Counted from the first letter of the stretch, positions 38,945-51,792 are shown. The stretch: 64,000 nt of DNA from Octopus vulgaris (GCA_951406725.2 OX597817.1:69254001-69318000), one strand, 5' to 3'. Notes: generated by a model from the letters alone, not told the origin. Made by a program: numbers and translations.

Positions 38945-39174
38945 TAGTGTGTGTGTGTGTGTGTGTGCATACATATGTGTTTGTGTGTGTGTGTTTGTGT
39001 GTGTGTGTTTGTGTGTGTGTGTTTGCGCACATGTAGTGTGTGTGTATACATGTATGTGTGTGTGTTTGTGTGTGTGTGCATACATGTATGTGTGTGTGTT
39101 TGCGCACATGTAGTGTGTGCGCATACATGTATGTGTGTGTGTGTGTGTTTGTGCACATGTAGTGTGTGCATACA

Positions 39175-39211
<37 letters not shown>

Positions 39212-39283
39212 GCACATGTAGTGTGTGTGCATACATGTATGTGTGTGTGTTTGTGTGTGTGTGTGTGTGCATGCGCACATGTA
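38945..39283. repeat. Higher-order microsatellite
   Basis: TTTGCGCACATGTAGTGTGTGTGCATACATGTATGTGTG unit repeated about 4-5 times with variable (TG)n spacers. Confidence 0.9.
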
Positions 39284-39339
39284 AGTAAGACCAAACTGAG
39301 AGATGAAATATATTGAAAATCCTATTGGTATTGTAAAAC

Positions 39340-39570
39340 CCTTAAAAAATACAGGTTATATAAATACAAACCTGTAGAAGCTTCAGAAAGTGTCCACATA
39401 TCAATATCCTAGTATATACAAGCTCTCATTGACAGGAAAATAAAAGAAAAACCATCCAGATATTATTATCAAAGGCCATTGAACAAAACAATGCCTATTG
39501 ATAGATGTAGCAGCAATGCCAATGGATAACAGGATATCTCTAACAGAACTGGAAAAATTACGTAAATATA
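39340..39570 (+). mobile_element. R4/Dong-like non-LTR retrotransposon fragment (restriction-like endonuclease)
   Basis: IDRKIKENHPDIIIK..*TKQCLLIDVAAMPMDNRISLTELEKLRKY matches the PD..D RLE motif. Confidence 0.8.
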
Positions 39571-39601
39571 TATGCTTGTGCATATGTGAATGTATGTGTG
39601 T

Positions 39602-39637
<36 letters not shown>

Positions 39638-41082
39638 AAGGACACACAGAGGTGATGAATATAATTCAAAGATGAGGTAAAAAAAAAATAAATAAACATA
39701 TTGTTGGTATTAGTCTGATATTCAGGAAATGGGTGAAAAATAGGAAATATTTTAAAGATTTTTGTGTAATATACTCTTCTTATGAAAGATAGGATAGAAA
39801 CAGGAAGAAAAGAATGAGGAAGGAAAAGTTAAGAAATACAAAAGCATGTGTATCCAACTGTCACTGCATGGTGAAAGACTGGAACTAGTGGAGAGGTTGC
39901 TTTAGGCATTATCGGCAAGAGGGACAACTCTGACTTGGTGCATATCTGGGTGTTCATGTATACTTGCTTGTGAGTGTGTGCCTCTGTGTGTGTGTGTGTG
40001 TGTGTTTGTATGACACTGAAAAATTATAGACAAATGCTAACAAATGCATTTGGTGACATCCCCAAGTGTAATCAAATACAACTGTTAGCATTTATCTGCA
40101 ACTTATCAAAGTTTCATAGTTTAGGTAAGAAACACAAAGTTTTCTTTAATACACATTAAAAATTATTCATTCATAATGTTTGATATATCCTAATCTCCAC
40201 TATCTATATCCTGCAAACCTCTTGAATTATAATGCTTCAGTGGGGAAGTGATTGTGCACTGACAACCTTTGCACATACCTCTTGATTGTTTTGTTACCAT
40301 ACCTTCTTAGATATGTTATACATATCTGATTCATCATCATTCTATATCTCCATTCAAGCATCACTCTACTCATTAATATATAATGTAGAAGAGTTCTAAA
40401 TCTTCTCCTTCTCAATGCACCCCACAACTCTTATTCTCTGATTACCTCCCACTAATCTCCTGTACCAGTGCCACTTAAAAAACACCCATGCTGGCAAGGG
40501 CGCAAGAACAGGGGGGACAGCGGGTGCACCTGCATCCCTTGGAATTTTCAGGTGGTGCAAGATCAAAATTTACACCCCCTACATAATTTTACTAGTTTCA
40601 GAAAATAGTGTCTAAAAAATTATCTGTATAAGATGCTTGAAGATAGATTTCATTTCAAAACAAAAACAAAAGTAAATAAATAAAAGTGATGAAGCTGGGC
40701 TTAAAATTCCCAAGGGAATATATGACTAACCAACTTCTGAAGCAAAGTACCATCAAAATAAAAAGTATGTAACAACAACAACAGTAGAAGCAAACAACAA
40801 GAACAACAACATGACCGGCATCTACGGCTACTCTTCAATACATAGCATTACTTGGATTCTTGAAGACAGCTCTATTCTGACAATAATAACTCCAAAATCT
40901 TGCAATGCTGAAAATGTGTGAAGGTTCTTGTCCTCTCTCAGTCTGACACCTCTCTCAAGTTCTTTGAAGTTGATGTTGCTAAAGACTGACGGAATGGTTG
41001 GATGGATTCAACTGTTTGATCTCAGCCTAAAAATAAAAGCCCTTTCGAAATTCTTTCAGTCATATCGGTTTTTCGAGGAAGA

Positions 41083-41318
41083 GAGACTTCCTGGAAAATT
41101 ATGAGGACTTCCTGGAAAGTTCCAAGGATGAGACTTCCTGGAAAATTCTGAGTAATTCCTGGAGAGTTCTGCAGACGATACTTCCTGGAAAATTCCAATT
41201 ACTTCCTGGATAGTTCCGAGGGTGGGAGTTCCTGGAAAATTCCGAGGAATTCCTGGAAAGTTCTGAGGATAAGAGACTTCTTGGAAAGTTCCAAGAACTT
41301 CCTGCAAAATTCTGAGGA
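41083..41318. repeat. Minisatellite of ten TTCCTGGAA-core units (alternating ~21/26-bp spacing)
   Basis: Directly visible: ACTTCCTGGAAAATTCTGAGG and ACTTCCTGGAAAGTTCCAAGG variants. Confidence 0.95.
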
Positions 41319-41394
41319 TGTGTGTGTGTGTGTGTGTGTGTGTATCTATATATATATATATATATATATAAGAGAACAAAGTGTATGTATGCCG

Positions 41395-41458
<64 letters not shown>

Positions 41459-41480
41459 ACATACATACATACATACATAC

Positions 41481-41810
41481 ATCATCATCGTTTTATGTCC
41501 ACCTTCCATGCTGGCATGGGTTGGATGGTTTGACAAGAGCCGGCAAGGCAGAAGACTACACCAGGCTTCTGTGTCTGTTTTGACATGGCTGGATGCCCTT
41601 CCAAATGCCAACCATTTCAGTATGGACTGGATGCCTTTTATGTGGCACCAGCAGGGTCACCAAATAACTTGAAAGACAAGGAATCTTTGAGAGGGTAGGA
41701 GCCATTGGAGGAGAAGATCTTGTGTCAGATGGTGAAAGGTTAGAGAGTGACAAAGCGACAGAAACAGGTGCCTTGCTATAGAAGAGGTACACAGTTACCC
41801 AGCCAGAGAG
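41481..41810 (-). mobile_element. Family R-related retroposon
   Basis: (CAT)n followed by TTCCATGCTGGCATGGGTTGG...GCTGGATGCCCTTCCAAATGCCAACC. Confidence 0.75.
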
Positions 41811-42281
41811 AGAGAGAACGAAAGAGAGACAGAGATAGATAGATAGAGAAAGAAAGAGAGAGGAAGGGAGAGAGAGAGAAGAAGGGGTCAAATTAATTTA
41901 TTACACTTACATACTATTACAAAGAATGCTATGTTTTAAACCAACATTGGTAAACTGTTTGAAACACAGTGTCGGTAACCAACGAGTATTTGGTGTGCAC
42001 AGAGAACTATTTCATAATATTCTTAGGAAACGTGTTAAAGACAATAATTTATGATTTTATCTGGAGCTTAAGTGGAATAAGTAAAACATTTCTAGAAGAT
42101 CTCAATGCAGTTATTCACTAAGCTATTGCATTAGATGCAATAGAAGAAGTTGAAATACGGTGCATGTTTGAAAGAAAGAGGAAAAGAAACAGGAAACAAA
42201 GTAGAAAAATAAACAAAGGAAGAAAGGAAAAAGAGGATTAGAGCAAGAATGTGTGTGTGCGTGTTTGTGTGTGCATGTTTG

Positions 42282-42315
<34 letters not shown>

Positions 42316-43633
42316 AAAATGGAAAAGGGAGTGAAATGGAAAAGAAAAATTTTTTTAAAAAGTGAGAATATCAGAGAGAGAGAGTGAGAGAGAGAGTGGG
42401 GACAGAGAGGAAAGAAAGAGAGAGAGAGAGATAAGTAGGTGCACTAGAAGGTATTGGAGATTAACCAATTGAAAGAAAATACAAGTAACACAAAAAGTCA
42501 TGTTCAATCATGAAGAAACACTTTTCTGTTTTCAATAAAACCACGAGACAAGAAAGAGAACATGGGCTGAAGTTACAGACAATTGTAAAAGAGATGAAGT
42601 TCCCAATTTCTTTTTTGACTCTGCTCTCAGGTTTGATGAATGACCTACCTCTGGGTCATGGAATTTTCACGGCTGGATGCCAAAGTGATTTCTCATTAAA
42701 TTTCGTTTTGGGTATTTTTTTACAAAACACCAAGACAGAAGTTCTTCACACCTACCTAATACTCAGAATGGAAAGAGCTGGAACAAATAACATGAAGCAT
42801 TTTCTCTAATAATCTAACGATGAAATAAAGTACACTGCCCTGGTACTTTAATTCTATTGATTCTAGAAGGAAGAGAGGCAAAGATGACTTTCGCAGGATT
42901 TCAACTCACAATATCTTGACTTGCTTTGTATAATTGACTATTTTTGCTTTTATATCTGTCTTACCCACCAAGAAGGTCTTACAGCTGTTTCCAGTAGGAA
43001 GGCGGACAGATCACAAATTTCTTTAGGTAGATGGCCACCCTGCTCAATCTGTAGAAAAGGCATAGGTAGAAACTTCATATGTTTCATAATAGTTTGCTTA
43101 GCTCCATATATCACTTAAAGTTTCATGTGTGTATAGGATACATCTGTCTCATCAGATATTGGAAGAATATGTGATGAGATGGCTGTGTCCTATACACCCA
43201 TGAACATTTAAGTACGGGGCTGAATCAAACAATTATTTCATATATACATGTGTGTGTGTGTGTGTGTGGTGCATAGTTTAGCAGTTAGAGGTATTCTGCT
43301 CATAATCATAAGGTTGTGAGATCGATTCCTGGGCAAATCACTTTATTTCACATTGCTTCAGTCCACTCAGCTTATGTTTATTTTTAAGTCTGATATCTAT
43401 TCTATCAGTCACTTTTTGCTGAACTGTTAAGTTATGGGTATGTAAACAAACTAACATTAGTTGTCAAGCAGTGCTGGTGGATAAGCATTGAAGCATACAC
43501 AGGTTAAAACTTTGTAGAATACTATGCCATGTTTGTCCACAGGTATTGGTTACCTGATGTCATCATATATTGGAGATGTTCTCGTTACTGGATATACATC
43601 AGGAATTCCATAGTATCCGTAGAGTTTTTATAT

Positions 43634-43928
43634 AAAATGGAATAAATGACATTCTTTATTTAAAAATCACTACAATTGTTTCAACATGTTTTTATACTTA
43701 TAGAACATGTAATAATTATCATCTGTTCAAAGTGTCAAATGCACCTCCTCAGGTGATTATCTCAATAAGTCCTTAGTTAGATTCTACTGTCACTTGAAGA
43801 GGTGCACTTTACACTTTGGATTGATGATAATGATTACACAACATTTCACCAGTGTACTACAAGTATAAAAACATGTTGAAACAATTGTAGAGATTTTTTT
43901 AATAAAGAATGTCATTCATTCCATTTTC
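43634..43928. mobile_element. Palindromic element, probably inverted Penelope-like terminal repeats
   Basis: Arm 43634-43769 is the imperfect reverse complement of arm 43772-43928. Each arm runs outward to AATAAAGAATGTCATT and TA-rich flanks. Confidence 0.8.
43665..43758 (-). ncRNA. Type I hammerhead ribozyme-like motif with long stem II, possibly inactive
   Basis: Minus strand reads AATCAC-CTGAGGA-(63 nt)-GAAA-CAATTG-TA-GTGATT. This gives a perfect 6-bp stem I, CUGANGA and GAAA cores, palindromic stem III ACAAUUGU and a GUA cleavage triplet. The base of stem II is only G.U pairs. Confidence 0.55.
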
Positions 43929-44716
43929 TATCATTTATCTAGTTATATATATCTTCATCATCCTCATCACATCATCATTTAATGTCTACTTTCCATGTTG
44001 ACATGGGTTGGATAGCTTGACAGGAGCTGGCAAGGCCAGGAGCTGCACTAGGTCCTACAGTCTGTTTTGGTTTGGTTTCTACTGCTGGATGCCTTTCATA
44101 ATGCCAACCACTTTACAAAGTGTACTAGGTATTTTTAATGTGGCACCCTCACCAGTGCTTTTTATGTGACACCAGTACTAGCTGGAAACCAATAGCCAAG
44201 GCCGAAGGGAGATAATTGTTTACCTTCGTGGTGCTTTGGTGACCACAAAATCACAGCACAGCTGAAGATTGATGGACAATGGCAAAGAAAGATAATCAGA
44301 TAGGGTTTTACCCTTAAAAATGAGGCCTTTCTCCCTCTACATTTTAAAGTGGTCTCAGGCCAGCAGTGTTTGGGATCTGAAGATATATCATAAGGCTAAA
44401 CCCCTTATGAGCAAGAAACCCAGGGTAACCCCATAAACCAGCCAACCCAACCGTAATATGTGTGTGTGTGTGTGTATGTATGTGTGCCTGTCCATGCACA
44501 CACATGTGAGTGTATGCGTGTATATGATGAGCTTCTTTCTGTTTCCATCTCCCAAATCCACTCACAAGACATTTGTCGGCCAAAGGCTATAGTAGGAGAC
44601 ATTTGTCGAACTTGCCCAGGGCACCACACAGTGGGAGATTGAACCCAGAACATTATGGCTGGGAAGCAAACGTCTAGCCATACAGCCACACACACACACA
44701 CAAATCTTCCTCTAAA

Positions 44717-45031
44717 CAGTGGTTCCCAAACATTTTTGAACTGCTGCCCCCTTGGCACCCAGGGCTCATTCCTAGTGCACCTCCCCTGCCCCCCCACACA
44801 CGCACGTACCACTGTCACAAGCATAGACCACCCTCTGCAGCAAATTCAAAACAATTGTATTTCACAAATAAAACTTAACCTAATTAACCCATAATTTTGC
44901 TTGCTTTTTCATCCATCAAACTCCTTTTGGCCACTCCATTATTGCTGCCCCACTTTTCTTCAATGCCCCATACCCCCTGGATCTTTCTACTACCCACAGC
45001 AGAGCAGTACCGCCCACTTTGGAAATCACTG
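44717..45031. mobile_element. hAT-Charlie (MER5-like) MITE
   Basis: TIRs CAGTGGTTCCCAAA and TTTGGAAATCACTG. CTCTAAA is duplicated on both sides, similar to the Charlie NTCTAGAN target preference. Confidence 0.85.
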
Positions 45032-45656
45032 CTCTAAAATATACCCAACAAAGCAACAACACATGAAAGCTGAATAGTTGCTAAAAAGGAAATAAGCCCA
45101 TTGCCCCCTAGGTACATCCATACAACCCATTGACTCAATCCAAAGTCACCCATGTCATCAGCAACCACTGAATGCCATCCTATTCCACTAAATCTACTCC
45201 TGTGTATATTTTCTTCTGACATTCTTTTGAATTCCTACAATTGTGACAACAACATTGCTTAGTGTATCTTGCCGAAGGACATAGCACTGTGTATGTGATT
45301 ACTTTTGATTAACTTAGTGAGCTGTAGTCAGAAATTTTGTTGTTGCTAACATTGTGACAATTGTTGCTGTTATTGTTGCTGTTGTTGTTGTTGTTGTGTT
45401 GTCGTTGTTGTTGTTACTTGTTGTCTGTTCACTTGTTTGTTATAAGATAAAGAGTATCTTCAAATAAAGGCCAATTTACTTCTTGTACCAGTTAAGTGTA
45501 TTGGTAGGTTCGTTTGTCTGTGATGAATATGTCCGTGTCTGTGTATGGTTTTGTTTATTTAGTCGTTTGCTTTTGCTTTGAATGTGTGTGTGTGTGTATG
45601 TATATGTGTGTACATGTGTGTGTGTGTTAATGTGGTCATGTGCATATATGTTTGTG

Positions 45657-45691
<35 letters not shown>

Positions 45692-45781
45692 ATGCATGTA
45701 TGTGAGTAATTTGTGTATTTGTATGTGTATGCATATATATTTGTATATTTGTTTGTGTGTGTGTGTATGTCTGTAGTAATA

Positions 45782-45815
<34 letters not shown>

Positions 45816-46413
45816 GTTATATAAATCTACACACACAGATGTAAGCAGATATTTATATATACACTCAAGTACACCCACATATATTTATTTACATATTTGG
45901 ATCTCTGCCTGTCTGTCTCTCTCCCTTCAAACACACACACATGTACATATACATGTGTATATATATATATATATATAAATATATATATATAGATAGATAG
46001 ATATATTTATACATGTTTGTTTGAGTGTGTATGTGTATATTATATATATGTGTGTGTGTGTACATATGTTAATTTGTTTACATGTTTGCATATTTGCTTG
46101 AATGTATACCTATGTGTATACACCTTATAATTCTTCTATGTGTCTCTATAATTCTGTTCATATATTCAATAGATATGTATGTTTTTTTTGTAGGGGGGAT
46201 GTCTTTTATTATGAGTATGCATTAGCATTGGTTTATGAATGTGTCTGAGCACCTGTGTATGTACCTGTGAGTGTGTGAGTGTGTGTTTGAATGCGTGTGT
46301 TTTTTTCCCCATATGTACTGATGTGTTTATGTAAGGTGTCTTTCGGTAAGGTATATTTGTTGGATACGAGTGTACCTTTGTGTGTGTGTGTATGTGAATA
46401 TGTTTGAATGTGC

Positions 46414-46462
<49 letters not shown>

Positions 46463-47271
46463 CACAGCTGTAAATCTAATTAAGTTGCTTGACGATAACA
46501 AGATTATTTTATCAGAAGAAATCTACAAGAAGCAATCAATATCTCAGAACAGTTCTTGTTATTCATTAAGAATCATTAAGATTTTCATTTCTGTTACCCT
46601 ATCATTCTCCACACTCTTTCCCCCCATTTTCTATTTATTAGAGAACTAGTGACAGTGAACTGATTGAAAATCTTTCATCAAGATTAGGAATTTATGAAGC
46701 TTCAAGAATTATTTCAGTCTAGCAAAGAAGAACTTCAGGTTGTCCATCAATCTACATCATTACTATATATTGCCGTAAAAATGTGCATTGAGAAGATCCT
46801 TATTTGCTTAAGTTTTTGCCCTTAACAATCTGAACATTTATTATATTAACCTCCCCACTTCTGTCCCTTTCAGTTCCCTATTAAAACAAATTTTTTTTTT
46901 AAACTTTTGGAGCTATTTTTTTTACTTCCTTTGAGCTTCAAATTGAATGATAAAATATTGAGATAAGAATGTGTATCTGATCAAGTGTAACCTCTTATGA
47001 AACACTATTCTGACTACTAAAAATATTCATTCATATACAATTTTACTTGTTTCTCCCTCTTTCGACTGTGGTCATGATGGAGCACTGGCTTGAAGGGTTA
47101 ATCAGATGAATCAGCCCCAGGGCTTATCTTAAGTCTTTTACTTACTCTGTCATTCACTTTTGGCAAACTACTAAGTTACTGGAATGTAAATAAACAAATA
47201 AGCTAGTTATCAAGTAGTAGTGGTGAAAGATGTGTATGCATATGTGAATATGTATATATGTATCCATACAC

Positions 47272-47325
<54 letters not shown>

Positions 47326-47359
47326 GTGTATATACATATATACATACACACACCACAGG

Positions 47360-48460
47360 CATTGACCACATTCAGATGGTGCTTTTTACATGTCACCAGC
47401 ACAGGAGCAAGTCATGGGGGAGGGAACTAGCATCGACCACATTCGGATGGTGCTTAATACACGCCACTAGTACAGGTGCCAGTCAGCTGGCACTGGAACC
47501 GACTACAACTACAATTTCCATTTTGATTTCAATCTTGATTTGCTTTTGATCTTGATTTTTGACTTGTGATTTTACTTGACTCAATAGGTCTTCCCAAGTG
47601 TAGCGTATCGCCCGATGATTCAAGGGTACTTTTAAATAGGCTGGTTATGCAACACTAGTATAGGCTATGATGGTGATCTCACTTTACTTGCTGGGTCTTC
47701 TCAATCACAGCATATCTGCAAAGGTCTCGGTCTCTTGTCATTGCATCTGTGAGGCCCAATGTTTGAAGGTCATGCTTCACTACCTCATCCCATGTCTTCC
47801 TGGGTCTACCTCTTCCACAGTTAGGGAGTGCATTACCTTTATCTTTGTAGAAGTTGGCTATGGTGCTGCTACACCACTCACTGGGTATGACCCCTTCATG
47901 TATCACTTAATTGACTATATGGATGACTAGACTATAGCCAACACTACCAAATATTTTAAGCATCTCTGTGGTAATTAATGATGGGCCAGGGACTTTCCTT
48001 GTCTTTATACCCTTAATTTCTTTATCTACCAAGGTACTATCAATTCAGATAGCTGGTCCCTCTGTTGGGTCGGCATTCAGCAAACTCTCTTTCTCCCATT
48101 CATTCTATTCATTTAGCAACCTTTCATAGTGGCATCTCCAATTCTCTCTCTTTGCAGCCTCTTTAAATGCAAGTGAGTCATCATCCATGCAGATACATTT
48201 CTCTCCTATAACATCACGATTCTCTCTCACACACTGTCTTTCAACATGAAACACTTCAAATCTTTGGTCCTCACGACGCTGAACATTGGCAAATTTTTTC
48301 TTATCTGCTTCCCTCTGGGTAAGTAAACCTGTCTCCTAGCTTCCCTTCAGGCAATCTGATGCAACTCCCTGCTACCACCATTCTTCCAGTCCTTCCATGC
48401 CTTTTCCTTTTCCCTAATGGCCCTATCAACTACATTATTCCACCACCATATTACTTTGGA
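47360..48460 (-). mobile_element. RTE LINE derivative with the RT domain deleted
   Basis: ORF 47679-47906 joins pre-RT EGVIPSEWCSSTIANFYKDKGNAL directly to C-terminal CGRGRPRKTWDEVVKHDLQTLGL. Confidence 0.85.
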
Positions 48461-48475
48461 TCGAGGGGACTTTGC

Positions 48476-48525
<50 letters not shown>

Positions 48526-48549
48526 GTATGTATCTACAGATATATATGG

Positions 48550-48586
<37 letters not shown>

Positions 48587-49506
48587 TAGGGAGAGAGAGA
48601 TAACATTGGAAGATGGTTTTCTGATAGTATAGTATCAGTGGCTAGAGCAAGAAAGTGATGGAAGAAGTTCAGGGAATTATTTCTGGTACTGTCAAAAAAA
48701 CAAATTTCCTCTCTGAACGAAAGGTAAAAATGTGTGATGTTTGCGTACAAAATGTGATGTTGAAAATATGAGCTTTGAATATGAAGGATGTACAAAGATA
48801 GTAAAAGAGGAACCATGTGTTCTCCAATAGATATCTATATGAATAACACAGTGCAAAGAAGTTGAGAGAAAAACGTAAATCTAAGAGGAGTCAGATGTAA
48901 TCTGGAGGAGAGAAGGAGCTACTACAGATATGTGGTGTATATAGAGTATGAGAATTAAGTAATGAAGGGTCAGTCACATCCAAGTGGAAGAAACCTGTAA
49001 TACAGATAGGGAAAGACTAAATAAGAAATGGGCTTGAACTTGTGAAAACTGATCTCAAGAGGCTGTACTTCATGAGGGTTGACAAAGAACTGCAACAAGT
49101 GGTGAATTGCAGTACTGAAGAAGACTCATTTAACCCATGCAGCCACAGAAAGACAGATGTAAAATAATAATATTGATGCTGGAGGCGGCCACATGATGAC
49201 AACAATGACATGATGATGATGATGATGGTGATGATGATAATGGTGATGATGATGATCATGATGATGATGATGATGATGATTACGATGACGATGACGATGA
49301 TAATGGCAAATACACGGACAGGAATAGAAAATGCTGAATGGGCTGTATGTTTGTAATAAAACATATGTAAATAAACATACATAAATACACATATTTATAT
49401 TTCCATATTGGCATTTACATATTTATGCAAATACACACACACGCACTATAGTTTTCTAGTAATATTTACATTCTCTTACATACACACACATACATACATT
49501 TATTTA

Positions 49507-49548
<42 letters not shown>

Positions 49549-50187
49549 TATATATATATAACATATATATATAATATACATATCATATATATATTATTAT
49601 ATATAATATATATGTGTGTTTATATATGTGTGTGTTTATATATGTATATATATATTATATATATATTATATGTATATTATATATATATCATGAATATTAC
49701 TGTTTAAAACATTAATATTAAAATAAAATATTTTGTCCTAAAATTAGTTCAAATAACTGAGGCAAAGTACACAAAAGCACACACACATACACAAACACAT
49801 GCATATATACAAACTCAAACACACAGACACACACACACACACATACACACACACACACTTCATGTAAATGCACATGCAATTAAAACACACATGCTAACAT
49901 TTCCATTCAGTAATAATACTTACAAAAGCAGTTTAATTCCTGCTTTCACTGAAAAGCTTTCTGTTGTTGTTATTGTTGTTATTATTTTTGAGTGATGGAG
50001 CTGAACTGACGGTATATGTGATTAATATTGTTAGACTTAGTAAATATATTGAACTTCAAAGGTAACGGATATTGTGCATGTCCAACATCAAAATAGTAAC
50101 CATTTTCCGAATTATGCACACAACTCCATGTACTAAATTGGCATTTTTATAATGAATGGAAAATCATTTGCATTTTATATTTAATGA

Positions 50188-50392
50188 GGCGCAATGGCCT
50201 AGTGGTTAGGGCAGCGGACTCGCGGTCGCAGGATCGCGGTTTCGATTCTCAGACCGGGCGTTGTGTGTGTTTATTGAGCGAAAACACCTAAAAGCTCTAC
50301 GAGGCTCCGGCAGGGGGTGGTGATCCCTGCTGTACTCTTTCACCACAATGGCGGTGCCCCAGCATGGCCACAGCTCAAGAGCTGAAACTGGA
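50188..50392 (+). mobile_element. Young CpG-rich tRNA-derived SINE (family D)
   Basis: A-box TGGCCTAGTGG, B-box-like GTTTCGATTC and tail GGCGGTGCCCCAGCATGGCCACAG...CTGAAAC followed by an A-rich end. Confidence 0.85.
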
Positions 50393-50892
50393 AAAACAAA
50401 AACAAACAAAAAACAAACAAACAATGACTAATATATTTATAGGTTTTGGTCAGAGTTGGCACTCTCAACATTGTCTATCCACATTGCATGTTCACAAGAT
50501 ATATCATCATCATCATCATCATTATTATTTTACATTCATATTCCATGCTGGTATAAGTTGAACAGTTAATAGGATTTGACTAGCTAGAGGGCTGTGTTGG
50601 GTTCCAATGTCAGTGTTGGAATGATTTCTAAGACTGTATGCCCTTCCTGATACCAGCCACTGGTACTTTATTCATGGCACCAGCACTAGTGAGGTCACCA
50701 AAGTAACTTGCAAAACAAGACCCCTTGATGGCGTGGGTGGGATACAGAATTGAGAGACATAGCTTTGTGCTAGGTGTTGTGAGGCTAAAGCATAATAAGT
50801 GTTGGAAGAAACAGATGTCTTGCTGTAGAGGAGATACATGGCTACTTGAGCAGGAAAGGGAGAAAGGATGGTGGAATTGAGGTGACAGGATG

Positions 50893-51337
50893 CACCCTTA
50901 AGTACAAGGTGGATAAAGAGAGACTTGCTGTGCTTGAGGAAACCTGTTGAGTCAAGTACATCAACATCAAAATAAAAATCAAATGGAAATTGTAGTTGTG
51001 ATACCCGTGCTGGTGGTATGTAAAAAGCAACATCCGAACGTGGCCGATGCCAGTGCCACCTTGACTGGCTTCTGTGCCAGTGGCACGTAAAAAGCAGTAA
51101 CCAATTATGGCCATTGCCAGCCTCACCTGGCCCCTGTGCCGGTGGCACATAAAAAGCACCCACTACACTCTCGGAGTGGTTGGCATTAGGAAGGGCATCC
51201 AGCTGTAGAAACACTGCCCAATCAGACTGGAGCCTGGTGCAGCCTCTTGGCTTCCCAGATCCCGGTCAAACCATCCAACCCATACTAGCATGGAAAACTG
51301 ACATTAAACGATGATGATGATGATGATGATGATGATG
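50893..51337 (+). mobile_element. Family R retroposon (long copy)
   Basis: Collinear with 19190-19577(-). Ends GACATTAAAC followed by (GAT)n. Confidence 0.9.
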
Positions 51338-51594
51338 AAGAAGACACTTGAGTCTTCCTAAATCCCAGCACATTTGCTCATTCATTGCCTCAGAAATTTG
51401 AGGTACACCCATGAACCATAAAAGGCACACCTATTGATTATGTGTGGTACAGGTGTGGAGCATACAGGGCTCACAATACCAATGGTTGAAAACATCTGTT
51501 CTACATCTTCATTTGATCTTTAAGAAAAAGCCGTCAAATTTTCCTCAAATTGAATCTTGCAACCTTTAAAATAGAATTACATAACAAACATGCC

Positions 51595-51694
51595 NNNNNN
51601 NNNNNNNNNNNNNNNNNNNNNNNNNNNNNNNNNNNNNNNNNNNNNNNNNNNNNNNNNNNNNNNNNNNNNNNNNNNNNNNNNNNNNNNNNNNNNN
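51595..51694. other. Assembly gap (100 N)
   Basis: Run of 100 N. Contiguity across it is not guaranteed. Confidence 1.
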
Positions 51695-51792
51695 AGAACA
51701 TAGCAACAGATGAAATACTGCTAAGCATTTTGCCCAGCGTGTTAACAATTCTGCCAGTTTACCACCTTATTATTATAATAATAATAATAATT

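Noticed and set aside
41083-41318. CRISPR-like appearance of the regular arrays here and at 7779-8230
   Set aside because: Eukaryotic context, no unique spacers and no cas genes. They are ordinary tandem repeats.
50188-50260. tRNA gene
   Set aside because: A- and B-box-like motifs are present, but the sequence continues into a SINE body and tail and lacks a proper acceptor stem and terminator.
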